Assembly (NCBI GenBank): GCA_021613535.1 | Contig: CP075497.1 | Span: 1,550,001-1,614,000, forward strand | Source of the DNA: Adineta vaga | Taxonomy: Eukaryota > Animalia > Rotifera | DNA: 64,000 bases | Direction: 5' to 3' | Shown: positions 24,869-43,000 of the stretch, in pieces | Layout: each line of letters opens with the position of its first letter | How positions within the stretch are numbered: the first letter of the stretch is position 1 | Program-made: the position numbers and the translations under genes | The notes under the pieces: generated by a model | What the model was told of the DNA's origin: nothing | The model's database searches: none | Seen by the model: the letters and a program-made list of their open reading frames with translations, nothing else

Positions 24869-26012
24869 AAGAAATAAATTTTAGTGAACTTTCTAGAAAG
24901 CAATACGAATACAGGTTATGCCAAAACTATAGACCTTCCCCCCCCCCCATATATCTTGTTGAAAAAATTTAATTTACGTTTTCAATAGACATGTGCTTGT
25001 TCAGTATATATGTTTGTTAGATAGATGAATATATGCACTATATCCATATATATAGCGACTAGTCGCCAGTTGCTGACCGGAGAGAGGCCGACGAGCGATT
25101 AGACGTTTGTTTAAGAGCTTTATAGGAAGGAAAATAAATACGGGTGATGCATTTTTCAGAAGTATTAAGCGATCAATTCTATGAATGTATATAAACAATA
25201 CTTGTTTTTCCTTTTCTCTTTGAGTCAATGATTTTGTGATACTTAGAAAGAATGAAAAGATGAAAAACACTGTTAAAAGGCTTTTATGTGTAAATTTTGG
25301 TTCGATCCGGATCCGGTCAGATCCAGGTCCCGCTTTATAGGTTTGCTGAGCACTCTTATCATTCTTTCAGAAAAGGGTCAACGAATCTAAAGGATGAGCG
25401 TTACTTGTGTTCTAGTTATTTCTAATTTATTGTTAGCTCATCCATATTAACTAGTCTTCTTTTTAAAGAAAAATTTGTGTATTATGGTTCTTAAATAGAA
25501 TTATCTAATGTATTATAGCATATGGCTTTACATATTGGTGTGGTATAGTAATGAAAAGTTTTGTTGATAAAACTGTATTGTAAACAATTTTTATCCCGTA
25601 ATGAAATCGTTAACTATATTTATATTATTTTTAATTGATCGAATTTCGTTATTTGTTCATTTACTTCGTTTTCATTTGTTTGTCGAAATTATAATTGAGA
25701 AAAGTTTTAGAAATAACCAAAAACAGATCGAATTTTCTATAGAGATTTTCCTGTAATGTAACATATACTGTTTCTACCGATTCCCTCTTCAACTTTATAT
25801 CAAAATGCAACGGTTCTACTCAAAAGATAGTGGTAGAAGAAGATTTGAAAATGTTTATCTATATTCATTTAATATCACGAAGACATATTGAGTGAACTGA
25901 ATTTACAAAAGAAAATTTATTGTTATTCAACAAAATCATAATAATTCTTGTGAAATTTTGTACCGGAAGAGCAGATTAACATTAATCATGAACTGCAAAG
26001 ATTGATAAAATT

Positions 26013-26240
26013 TTATTTTTGAAATGTCGAAATTTTTAAAGTATCTGATCTGGTATAATGTCTCGTAACATCATCTTCATTTTTACAATGTGAATCTGCT
26101 TGATTATTTGTTGAACCTGATGATGACATCCCAACTGAATGTTTCCCACCTGTAGAAAATTCACTTCCTCGAATATCTTCTGTACCTTCTTTTGCTTGAT
26201 TACTTGCTGATCCAGATGATGAAAAACCACCACTACTCAT
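26013..26240 (-). CDS. 75-aa Ser/Gly-rich hydrophilic peptide, copy 2
   Basis: Paralog of 18003-18230; first 47 aa nearly identical. Confidence 0.6.
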   Translation of the reverse strand: MSSGGFSSSGSASNQAKEGTEDIRGSEFSTGGKHSVGMSSSGSTNNQADSHCKNEDDVTRHYTRSDTLKISTFQK

Positions 26241-26816
26241 TTTTTGTTTTCAATGATATAAATTTTATCAAATAAGATAAAACTTTCTCCACGAATGAAA
26301 TGGTCGAACATATCATCCGTATGAGTAACCTTTGCTTTTTACCATGCGTCATTAACATTTACTGTGTATTATACCTTACGTCCTTTATTTATCAGATATG
26401 AGATTATATTCATTAAAACACTATGTTATAGATAACAATAAGAATAGAGATTCTTCTCCTTGAAAGTCGCTTTTCTTTTTTCTTCATTAATAAAATCAAG
26501 GTATTCATCATCGAAAAATGAATGATTTATTCATAAATAGATGAATGGATGGTTACTTATTCCAAATTTTTTGGAAGATTACTCATCAATTGCAGAAAGA
26601 ATCGTATAGTTAATGAAGATCAAAGACCAAGAAAACATCTTCTATCGCTCGTAAATACATATGAATCAATTGATTGAAAAGAATAAGTATATGTATATAT
26701 ATTTATATTTATATTAATAATAATTGTATTCGATATCTCGAAAGAAAAATTAAAGAAGAAGATTTTATACAAGAAGATCACATGACGAGTGATTACTAAA
26801 TGGATAATAGTTGATT

Positions 26817-29193
26817 TTAGGATAATTTATTTGCATTATGATTGGATATGGTTGGAAGAGATGATGTGGAATCATTTGAATAATTCTTTTTAATTAATTT
26901 TAAATTATTTGTTGTGGAAGAACGTGGAGTTGAATTCGATGGTGATGATGAAGTTCCATGGCCAAAGGAATTATTTGATGTTAAACGATGTCGAGATGAT
27001 CTTGGAGATAAGATCAAATCATTTTGAGATTGAGAACGATCGAATCCAATTTGATTTGATTGAAATTTTGATAAAACATTTATTGGATGAGTATCATTTG
27101 AATTCATTGAATCTGTTGACTGAAATTCAAGATTTTTTTTATTAAAATAAAAAGAATTTTTTCGTTCTTTACTAAATCATTTTGTTTGTGATGATTTGAA
27201 GAAGGAACATCTGACTCATGTGTTGTATGAATTGAACGTCGTGGTGTCTTTTAAAACAAAAAAATAGATATTTTTCAAATGAAATTCTTTCAATCAAACT
27301 TTAATTAAATCTGACGGATGTCGATTTGGTTTCGAAGAAAATTTATTTTTCTCATAAACTGTTTTTTTCTCTATAAGATTTAATTTTGTTTGATCAACAT
27401 TGGATTTTGTTGATACATCTGTTTCTTCATCATTTTCTTTTAATGTTGAAGAATCAATTTCTGTTCGTTCAGTTTCAGCTTGAAATTCTCTCATCATTGT
27501 TATTATATCTTTCGCTGCACCTTTATCTGATCGACCCTATTCAAGAAAAATTCTTTTATTAAAATAAAATCATTTTTTATTTTTCTTCGAAATTTACCGT
27601 TAACCATGGATGAACAGTTAATTCACCCATTGTTCGACGATGAACTGTATCAAAAACAATCATTCCTTGTAAAAAGGCAAGTCCTGAAAAGAAACAAAAG
27701 AATTTCTTTGATAGAAAAAACAAAAGTATCAACCTTCGGAAGATAAATTTTTGAATTTGTCAGAATCATATCGAAGCTTTTGTGTGCGAATCAATTCTAA
27801 TAAACGCTGTTCATTATTGGCAATATATGGATGACGACCGGTAATTCTATTTCAATTGAAAAAAGAAAAACAACGTTAAATAAATAAACAGAAACAAAAG
27901 AATAAACTTTTCCATCTACTTTTTCTATTCGTTAATAATCAAAACAGAAACTTTCATTATCTGTTACTCTCAACCTTTCTTATTTTATTCGAGATTTGAA
28001 TGTTTTTTTACTTGAGTACATTTAAATGTATAAGCCATTTATATGAGACGTGAACGCCATCGGCTCACATGTAAAGATTGTACTTTCTCAGGTACTTCTC
28101 AGCAGCGAACATAAATTTTCATGAACCTTCTACCAATACATTTTTTCTGTCATCTATTTCCAACCTCGTAAATCTCTTCCACTAAATCCCTAGAGATTTC
28201 TACTATGGGACGAGGTATAGTTAACTTACAAATAAAACATAATAATTCCTAAAGCCCAAACATCACATAGTGCACTGTAATTTTTATTATCTAATATTTC
28301 TGGTGCCATATATCTATTGAAAAATACAAATGAAATTTTCTTTCGATAAGAATAAGAAATGTCTTACAAAGGAGTTCCACAATATTCATTAAAAAGTGAA
28401 TCTGTATTTGTTATACTTTGTTTTGAACTTAATCCAAAATCAGTAACCTTGAAAAGAAAGAATTTTTCATATAATTTAAAAAAAAGAAAAACTGTCTCCA
28501 AATACTCGAATATCAAATTCATCTGTTTTTGTCATTGGAATATTTTTTAATAGAATATTTTCTAATTTCAAATCACGATGAACAATATCTAAAACATATA
28601 AATACAAAAAGGAAAAGTCTTTAGTCAACGATGATTTTTTACCCATTTTATGAAGATAATATAAAGCATTGACTAATTTTGACATAATTTGTTTAACAGT
28701 TTCTTCAGGTAATGGACCAATTTTTTTCAAATGTAAACCTAATTCACCTCCTTCACATAATTCTACAATTAAATATAAATTCTAAAAGATAAAAAAGAAA
28801 AAACTTGTTTTCATTCTTCCAATTTGAAATGAACGTTACTTGAGATGATTCAAGTACTTCATGAAGTTGAATTAGATTTGGATGATTAACTTCCTTTAAT
28901 AATTTAACCTCATTTTCAAGAACTGATGCTTTGATTTTATTTCCAGGCTAAGTTAATAATCAAAGAGTTCAATAGGAAATATTAGAAAATCTTTCGTTTA
29001 CCTTTTTTTGGATTGTTTTCATAGCATAAAAAAGATCTGTTTCTTTATTCCTTACACGAAAAACCGTTCCAAATGTTCCTTCACCTAATTTATTTAAAAC
29101 TTCATATCTTGTATCTAATGTTGCATCGTCATAAAGACGTGAATGAGTTATCTGACGATTGGATAATGTTTGTTTATTCCTTTCTTGTGCCAT
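26817..29193 (-). CDS. STK33: Ser/Thr protein kinase, STK33-like (CAMK group), multi-exon
   Basis: Hand-spliced kinase exons are intact: LGEGTFGTV, YAMK, ENEVKLLKEVNHPNLIQLHEV, HRDLKLENILL, DFG, CGTPLYMAPE, CDVWALG, HPWL, followed by IITMMREF as in STK33. Confidence 0.8.
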
Positions 29194-31298
29194 TAAACCA
29201 CGAGAAATGAAAAAAAGAACTGAAATCAAAGCAGAAGAATAAAAAAAAACGATTTAACACAAATCAAAATCATCACTAACAATGTCTTCAAGAATTGAGA
29301 ATAATAAAAGATCTTTGACGAACAAAACATTCATTAACTTCACCTAAATAAAGAAAACAAAAGGAAACTTTTTTTTTAATATCTAAGTAAAAATCTGTCA
29401 ATTTCTCAATACATTAACATCTCTGTTCTGCATAAACATTCAAACTTACTGGCAAATAAAATTTAACGAAAACAAACACCAAGAGCTTTTTTTTTTTCTT
29501 CCTATTTTTTTCTGTAAAGTAAAGAAGAAGAGAAAAAAGAGCGTAATGGTATTGCTCACTCACTTCAATCAAAGAAAAAAAAAGTTCTTTAAAGAATATC
29601 TAGGTGAAAGTTGCTACATTTATAATTGTTCTACTCAATTAATGAAATTGATATGTAATCGGATATTTACAATTTCTCTTCATTTTTATTTAATTATTTT
29701 TTCGATTAAATCAAAAGATGAAGAAATCGGAGAAGATTTTTCTTTGTTATTGACAGATCAAATTCTGATAAAGAGATTATCTCGATGTTTTTATTAACAA
29801 ATGACAACTACCTCGATTTTTTATGGTTCATTGAAGTAGAACAATGTTTTTCAGTAAAATTATCTGAAGAATTTAATAGACGATTACCTTTGATATTCGT
29901 TTCGAGAAATATTAATTTTGAAGAAACAAAAAAAGTAATTTGTAAAATAATTAATAGAAGAAAAATGAATAAAATGTGTCGTTTATATTTTTTAATGTTT
30001 TATATTTCCTTGAAAATTCGTTCGATATCTGATTGAACTTTTATTCTTATTCTTGACACTTTTCATGCGTTATTTTCCTGTTGACACTCAACAACAGACC
30101 CACGAACAATTTCCGTTTCATCGATCGATCTGAGAGAGAGAAAAAGAGAAAAAATAGACCATTTTTTCTTCACAGATTTTATGATTCATTCAAAACTTAC
30201 ATTAATCATTTCAATCTACTCATTGCTCTTGTTACCATAGTTACATCTCTTTCGAATTATTTTGCATTCAAATTTTCGAAAAATATTCACATAGAACATG
30301 AAAATAAATTCAACCTTTCACAAATTTTTGTAAATTCTCTTTCATATATTGATTTATAGATGTCGTTCTTTTCTTTGGTATTGAAAAAATTGAACTGAAA
30401 GTGTTTCTAATCAAATACATCGCATGAGTCTGTCATGTCACTTTTATGACTGAATGTTAGAGAAGAATTCAATGCAGATAGACTTATTCAATCTATAAAA
30501 AATGATTTCATAGTTATCTTTGATTATTTTTGCGCTCAAAACAATATTAAATGGAAATAAAAGACGAGAGGTATCACAGAACCGACCGTTTCCGTACCGA
30601 ATTCTTCTACATTGAGATGTTATGAAAACGATTAGGTTATTGATTTTGCGAAAGTTTAATATAACACTGTACTTCTGCTTTTACACATTCTTCCTTGCTA
30701 AGGTTCTTTTTTGACGAAGTTCATTATGTTCTAAACAATAGGAAAAAAAATATCATGCATATGATGATTTCAAGGTACACATTTTATCGGTCATTTTGAT
30801 TCTCAACGGTCGATGGTGTAAGAAATGATTGTATCTGTATGTACAAAACGAAAACCTGTTTATATATCGTTTTCTTTATTAAAAGTAACAACCTATTTTG
30901 ATGAAAAATATAGACAAGCTACATGTATGTCCGAGAACTTCTGTCGCACATCAATGACAAAATTATCAAGCTTACTTTTGAGCTACACACAATGTGACGT
31001 GTTCTTAATCGTATATCAGTTATCCAAAACTTTCTTCATTATCATTGATGAATTTCAGAAGTAAAACACTTCTAGAGCATTTCATAGGTATAATGATTTC
31101 AACATCTTTTAAGTCAACTTCTGTCAACAGCAACGATATATTCTACATTAACTAAACTGAATATATATGAAAAGAAGTACAGTATTTACTTATAAATGAA
31201 TGAAATTAGTTCATATGAATTATTTGAATAGATTTTGTATATATTTACATTTATTGATTATCAAACACCGAAAAAAAACGACTGCTTTCGTTGTCATT

Positions 31299-36509
<5,211 letters not shown>

Positions 36510-36658
36510 CTATAATGAACTTGTGTACACTATTTGATTAAATTTATCCTAAAAAAAAATGGCCTATTTTGTAAGTAGCAGATCAAATCATTCATGTATT
36601 TATTTCCATTTGAAGTGTATTTAGAGAATATATTTTTGTATTATTTTTTATATTGATC

Positions 36659-36840
36659 ATCTTGTATGACGGGAAATTTATCTTCGTCAAGATTTCGAAT
36701 CGAATGAGTCAATCCCATTATGTGGGTTCTTTGTTGTTCCCAAAGAAAACCCATGAAATACATTGAGATGACGATAATCTGATCCCACGTGCGTTGAAAT
36801 GGGAGAAAATCGTCGTCTTATTTATTTTCCTTCCTTCCAA
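36659..36840. promoter_or_regulatory. Copy 1 of a ~185-bp element, 150 bp upstream of the ABCC start codon
   Basis: About 85-90% identical (by-eye alignment), same orientation, to 48401-48587. The regulatory role is inferred from position. Confidence 0.7.
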
Positions 36841-37381
36841 ATGTCACTATGAACTTACAACCATTTTCAAAAAGAACATCGATTCGTTGACATATTCATG
36901 AAACAATAGACTGTTACATCTACAAATACTCAAAAACAACGAGCTCGTAAATATGAAAAATTCTGATGTGTACAAAAGTATTCTAAGCAACTACACGGAG
37001 ACTAATAGTCGTGCCTATGCTTCAAGAGGAGAAAAGTAAAACTTCTTTACTCCAAAAGACGATAAGAATAACTGAAGTCTCGCTTTTTTCCCTTGAAGAA
37101 TTCCCATCCGATGATAATAACGATCAATTGTTTTATTATGGGAAAGTACCATTGGTCACAATAAATTTTCAATATAAATACAAAACCCAGTCTCAAGGAT
37201 TTCTACATTCATTGCTTTCACTTTCAATCCACAAATCGAGTAATAATTAAGTAAGCAGAAAGAATATTGTTCTTATAATTTTATAATCTATAATAATATT
37301 CAACAGTGTGATTAGAATATTTCAAAATCGTGTTTAAAAATGTCAATAACGTTTCTTCATTTCTTTGAATAGATTGTAACT

Positions 37382-37729
37382 ATGAAATTCAGATTTAATA
37401 TTCTTTCAATTTCAACTATCTGCTTATTCATTTTCGGAATGATAATAAAAGAGACAATTGCTGGTGATTGTGATGGAACTCATTGTGGATGTTACAATGA
37501 ATATTGTTGGTCTTATATTAAAGAAAGACACAATTCTGATGGTATATCATGGTGTTATACTCAAAATACTGCTATTAATACAAGACATCAAGAATGGCAA
37601 CCTTGTACAAATAATCATGATTGTTATTCAAATCGACCATGTATTAATTTCATTCGTTCTAAAACAGAGGACGAAGAAAATAAATCTTCCAATGATTGGG
37701 ATTTGTTCCAATGGTTGGACATTATCTAA
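37382..37729 (+). CDS. Secreted Cys-rich small protein (CGC-x4-CWS...WCYT...C-x5-C-x5-C; recalls allergen Tha p 2-like proteins)
   Basis: Signal peptide then GDCDGTHCGCYNEYCWSY...SWCYTQ...PCTNNHDCYSNRPC (8 Cys); intronless ORF. The family name is from recall. Confidence 0.7.
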   Translation: MKFRFNILSISTICLFIFGMIIKETIAGDCDGTHCGCYNEYCWSYIKERHNSDGISWCYTQNTAINTRHQEWQPCTNNHDCYSNRPCINFIRSKTEDEENKSSNDWDLFQWLDII

Positions 37730-37952
37730 CTTTATTTCAATTCCAATCTAATTCATTATCTGTTCGTTTTCTTTTTTACGAAATAAAATTTGTGATCTTT
37801 ATCTCTTGGAAATTACTCAATTACTATGTTAAGATAATATATATTTTTATTGAACGGACTAACATCAATGAATTTAATAAAAAAAACTACAGAATAGATC
37901 TTTTTCTAGAAAAAATCAATTCCAATATATATATAAAATTCTTATCCGACAA

Positions 37953-39680
37953 TCAATTATAAAAATTTCCATGTAATGAAAAAGGAATATGTACAGGTAA
38001 ATACGCTCGGGTTATTTCTTGAAATGTTTTCGCATCTAATAGAAGTATAAATGATTTGTTTGTTTGTTGTTCGAAAATAATTGTTAAAATAATTCCATCA
38101 TCTTCTTCGAGAGATTCAGGTTTAGGAACAAAGATTGGTTCACTCGGAGATGTGCATGGTTCTTTCCATAATCCAGTAACTTGTTGACTTTCAATATCAA
38201 TTTTAACTAATGCATCAAAGAAATAATTAGGTGGACCTCGAACAGCATAGATAAAACGATAAAATTTTCCGGTAAAATTCGAATTAATTCTTGGTAAATC
38301 AATTTGTATTGGAACAAGACTATTTTTATAAGAAATTGGATAAGTTTGTTCATGAGATAATTGCCGAACATTTTCAAATGGTTCTGTACATCGTTTTGTA
38401 TTTAAATTCAGATGAAATCTTCGAATAAAACCTAAACCAGATGGAAAAATATTCTCTCGAAGTTTATTTAAAGATAATTCTTTAACTAAACGATGATCAT
38501 CATATGCACAAATATCAATAATAATCGAATCTTTCATTTGATAAGCATTTATATGATGAAATGTAAAAAATCCTGGACCAGATATTCGTGCAATTTCTTC
38601 GCCATTATCCAAATTTATGATTCGAAAATAAGTTGGTAATGATTCATTCCATTTAAACATATCTGTTAAGACTTTACCAGATAAAAGTGTTCCAAGACTT
38701 TTTTTCAAAGAAAAATGTAAGGGAATTTCTGATAAGATAAGATAATCTTCAGTTATTGATGCACTATGCATATATGATGCACCATGTTCATAGTTATAAC
38801 GAAATGATTTTGTTTGAGATTTTATTGAATTATTGTATTTTTTTCCACGTTCATTCATATTTCTTGTAATGGAAAGAAATCGTCCACCTTCATCGAAATC
38901 AGCTTCATTATTATTAAAATCTATTCAAAAGAATAAAACTTCGTTTTTATGTTAAGTTAAACTTTCGATATTGATTGAAACTTACCAGTCGTCGATGATA
39001 AATTATTTTGTTCTTCATTATCATAAATGAAAATGACATCTAACCATTGTCCATTCGAACGTGTCATTCTTGTTGCATAACCAACTGTCATCTTTCTCTT
39101 TGAATCATACATAACATGAGCTGTTGTTAATGTTAGAATTTCTGTTTTCAATTCTTCGGCATATGGTAATGTTACTAATGGTCCAACGGTATCTAAGGTA
39201 TTTTCATCGATAATATAACCAGGTATTGTTTCTGTTAATGCCAATAATTCATTATTTACTCGTTGAATCGTCACTCCTGTATCATCCGTGAATAATTGTC
39301 CGTTCATTGCGGAAAAAATTAATTGAAATCGACCAAAAATAGTTTTACATGGATCAGAAGCGAAATTGTCGAGTAGTAAGATGACCATGTTTTAAAGATT
39401 CTTTGTAAGTATGAGATTTAATAAAAGAACTTTGAAAATAAATTGTATTTGATTGTCCATCAATCTTATATTTTTGTATATATGCAAAACCATCGAATGG
39501 ATGATTAACACTTGTTTTCGGATCATTGTTTAATTCAAATTGTCCAGGACCATTTCGATATAAACAACCTTTTAACCATAATGGAAGTTGTTTATCAAAT
39601 GTTAATTTTACTTCTTTATTGTATTCTTCTGTACTATTAAATAAACCGGAATTATTCCATTTTTCGTTATTCGTATCCAT
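37953..39680 (-). CDS. Carotenoid cleavage oxygenase (RPE65/BCO/CCD family), about 553 aa; +1 frameshift near 39363
   Basis: WLKGCLYRNGPG, HPFDG, DPCKTIF; four Fe-ligand His present (TTAH, SYMH, FTFHHINAY, SLHG); SEPIFVPKPESLEEDDG. Intron 38985-38921. CAA TTT C GCT TCT GAT has one extra base. Confidence 0.9.
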
Positions 39681-40084
39681 GTGAAAAGAATTTTATCTCG
39701 TCTGTGTAATACTTTATGAGTCGGATAAAAGTAGAATATCTAGAATAGAAATCGTCTTTTCAAAACTATCAAGAGAGTAGTTAGTGACAAATTTTCTCTT
39801 TGCTTCTACCTGTTCGCGCCATTCCTCAGTTTTCTGTATACAAACTAGTCAATGTTTTATCTGCATCTTGAGAATCTTCTTATATAAAGACTTTTTTTAT
39901 TCTGTCCGGGAGAAAATTCATTGCGTGGGAAAAAGGATGGGAGGGAATTCTCTGAGTAATATTTAGGCTCATGTACTATGAATAAACTATGGACTTTAAT
40001 CTGATTGGTTTAGAATTGATCTAGTTACTCATAGGAAACGATTGAGTTATTATTCGAGAAAATTTATTTAAAAAGAAAAGCATA

Positions 40085-43000
40085 TTATATAAAATTCATT
40101 TGTTTTAATCGATCAACAATAAAATGAACAGATGGATTTTCTAAAAGTGTGTCATGTGTTCCATCGATATTTTCAATATTCAATTGAGATAATAAAGAAT
40201 TCCAAATTTGATGTTTGGTTTCATTTGAAGTAAATTGATTATTTTCTTTTAAAGTAAACAAAATTGATTTCTTGATTTGAATTGATTCATTGGATTCTTT
40301 TGCTAAATCATATGTATAAGATTCTTTTGCAATAATTTGATTTTTAATAACTTCGAAAATTTTTTGTTCAAAATTATCATTCTTTAATTTTGAATATCGT
40401 GTTTTGAGAAGAAATAAAATTTGTTTTGTTAAATAATCAAGTTTTTCATTTCGTTCTTCAATTGATAAATTCAATAATTCTTGAATAAATTCATCCGGAT
40501 TTGTTTCTTTATTTAAATAAGAAAAAATCATTCCAATTGTTTTAATTAATCCAAATTCTTTTGATAAAATATTTTGATTTTGAATTGGTATTGGAGGATC
40601 GATTAATACTAGAGATTGAACTGTTGTTTGATGTTTCGTAAACAATTGTCGAGCCATTTCATAAGCAACAATTCCACCAAATGAATAACCAAGTAGATAA
40701 TATGGTCCAGTTGGTTGAATTCGTTTCATTTGAAAAATATATTGTTCAGCAATTGTTTCAATAGATTGAAAAAATCTTTCATTCGATTCATAACCACTTG
40801 CACGAAATGCATAGATTGATGGACATTGAATTCCATAAATATCTTTTAAACGAATTGTTAATTGAATAAATGTTTGAGAAAGACCAATTATATCATGAAT
40901 ACAAAATAAGGAATATTTTGAATCAGATTTATGAAATAAATTTACAAGTGAAGTACCAGAAGAATTCATTTCAAATTGTTTAGTTTCATTATTTAATAAA
41001 GTATTTTCATTGATATAATTGATTTGATTATTTGATAAATGTTGAGTATTATTTGTTGGAATTTGTTTATCAATGAATTTATTTTGAATAAATAAAGCAA
41101 GATCATTGATTGACATACCTTGTAATAAATCTACAAGTGGAATAATGATAAACATTTCTTTAATTAACCAACTTCGAAGTTCAACAGCAACTAATGAATC
41201 CATTCCTTGTTGTACAAGTGATTTATTAATATCAATTCGATTAATATCTAATGAACCAAATAATTTGGAAATAACTAAACGAATTTTATTTGTTATTGTA
41301 TGAATATCGAAATTTAATTCTTGATTTTCATTTGAGGAATTGCCTGAATCTTGATTTTCATTTTTATGTTTTAAAAATTCATTACCAAATTGAATAAGTT
41401 TTGATGATAAATTCGTTTGAAGTAATTTTTTCCAATTAACAACAAACATTATTGGATTAAAAAGATTTTTTTGTTCAATTGTTTGTTTTTGTAAATATTC
41501 CAATTGTTCAATCATTTTAAAAACATAATTCGATGGCATTAAATGTATACCTTGATCTTCCATTAATTGAATTGTTGATTGAGCATTCTGATGAAGATAA
41601 CCCGCACCTGATATAGCTGGTAAACCAATTGAAATAGCTGGAAGATTTAAATAATTCAATCTCCAATAAGCAAGATTATCAAGAAAATTATTTCCTGCAT
41701 TATAATTTGATTGTCCAATATCAGGAATATGATTTCGAATCGATGAAAACATAATAAAGAAATGTATTGGACATGTTAATGTTACTGTTGCTTGATGAAG
41801 ATTCCATGCACCACGAATTTTTGGTTTCATAACTTCCGATAAAAGATCATTTGTCATATTTTTTAATAAACTATCATGTAAAACCATTGCACTATGAATA
41901 ATTCCACGAATTGGATAAAGTTTATTTTCATTAATCGTATGAAAAACTGATAAAATTTGTTGAAGATCTGTTACATCCGCTTGCATTATTTCAATCCATG
42001 CATTATTTTCCTCTGCAATTTCTTTTAATTGAATCCAATTTTGATATTGTGAACTCTTTTGATCTAATTGATTCAAATTTCTTCTTGATAATAAAACAAT
42101 TCGTTTCACTCCACGTTCTTTTATCATCCATTTGGATATATCAATACCAATACCACCTAATCCTCCACTAATCACAATAGTTCCATGACAACAAACTTCA
42201 TCCGGAAATAAATTTTCTAAAGAAACAAAAAACAAAATTTCGATTGAAGAAAAAATAACACACTTCAAAATAAACCTTTTCGTTTGTTTTGTATGTATTT
42301 TTCTGTTCGATTAGTTTCAATCGTTAATTTATCATTTGATTCAGCTATTTTAATAACAAATTTTCCGCAATGTGTTCCTTGAGAATATGTTGAAAAAGCT
42401 TGTTGAATTTGTGAAGCTTGAAATTCTTTGATTGGTCGAATTGGTTTTAATTGATTAGTTGAACAGTAATTTGAAATCTGCGTTAATAAATTTTGTATTG
42501 TTGATGGAGAAGATTTTTGAAGAGAAATCATATCGATGATATGACAAGTCGAATTTGTTCGTAAAGAAAATAAGGATAATTGAGAATTGGAATAAACATC
42601 ACGTTTATTAAGTTCAATAAAATGACCAAATGGAGCAAGTAATTCTAATGATTCATTTCGAAATGTTCCTAAAAGTGAATTGATAATAATATCAACAATA
42701 CCATTAGGTGCAATTTCACGTATTTTTGGTATAAATGATAAATCTCTACTATTAAAAACATGTTTTAATTGATATTTTTCTTTCAAAAATTCTCGTTTTT
42801 CTTCTGTGCCTGCCGTTGCAATAATATTCGCACCAATCATTTGTGCATATTGAATAAATGCTAAACCAACTCCACTTGTTGCCGTATGAATTAATATTGT
42901 TTGTTCTTTTTTCAATTGAATTCGATTCTCTAAACAATATAAAACAGGTAAATACGTTGGTAATGTTGTTAATTCTTCCATTGTTAAATTTACTGGCGCT

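Noticed and set aside
25055-25350. GC-richer patch with palindrome GCGACTAGTCGC and 9-bp inverted repeat CTGACCGGA
   Set aside because: Too short and degenerate to call a Helitron or MITE end without a genome-wide consensus.
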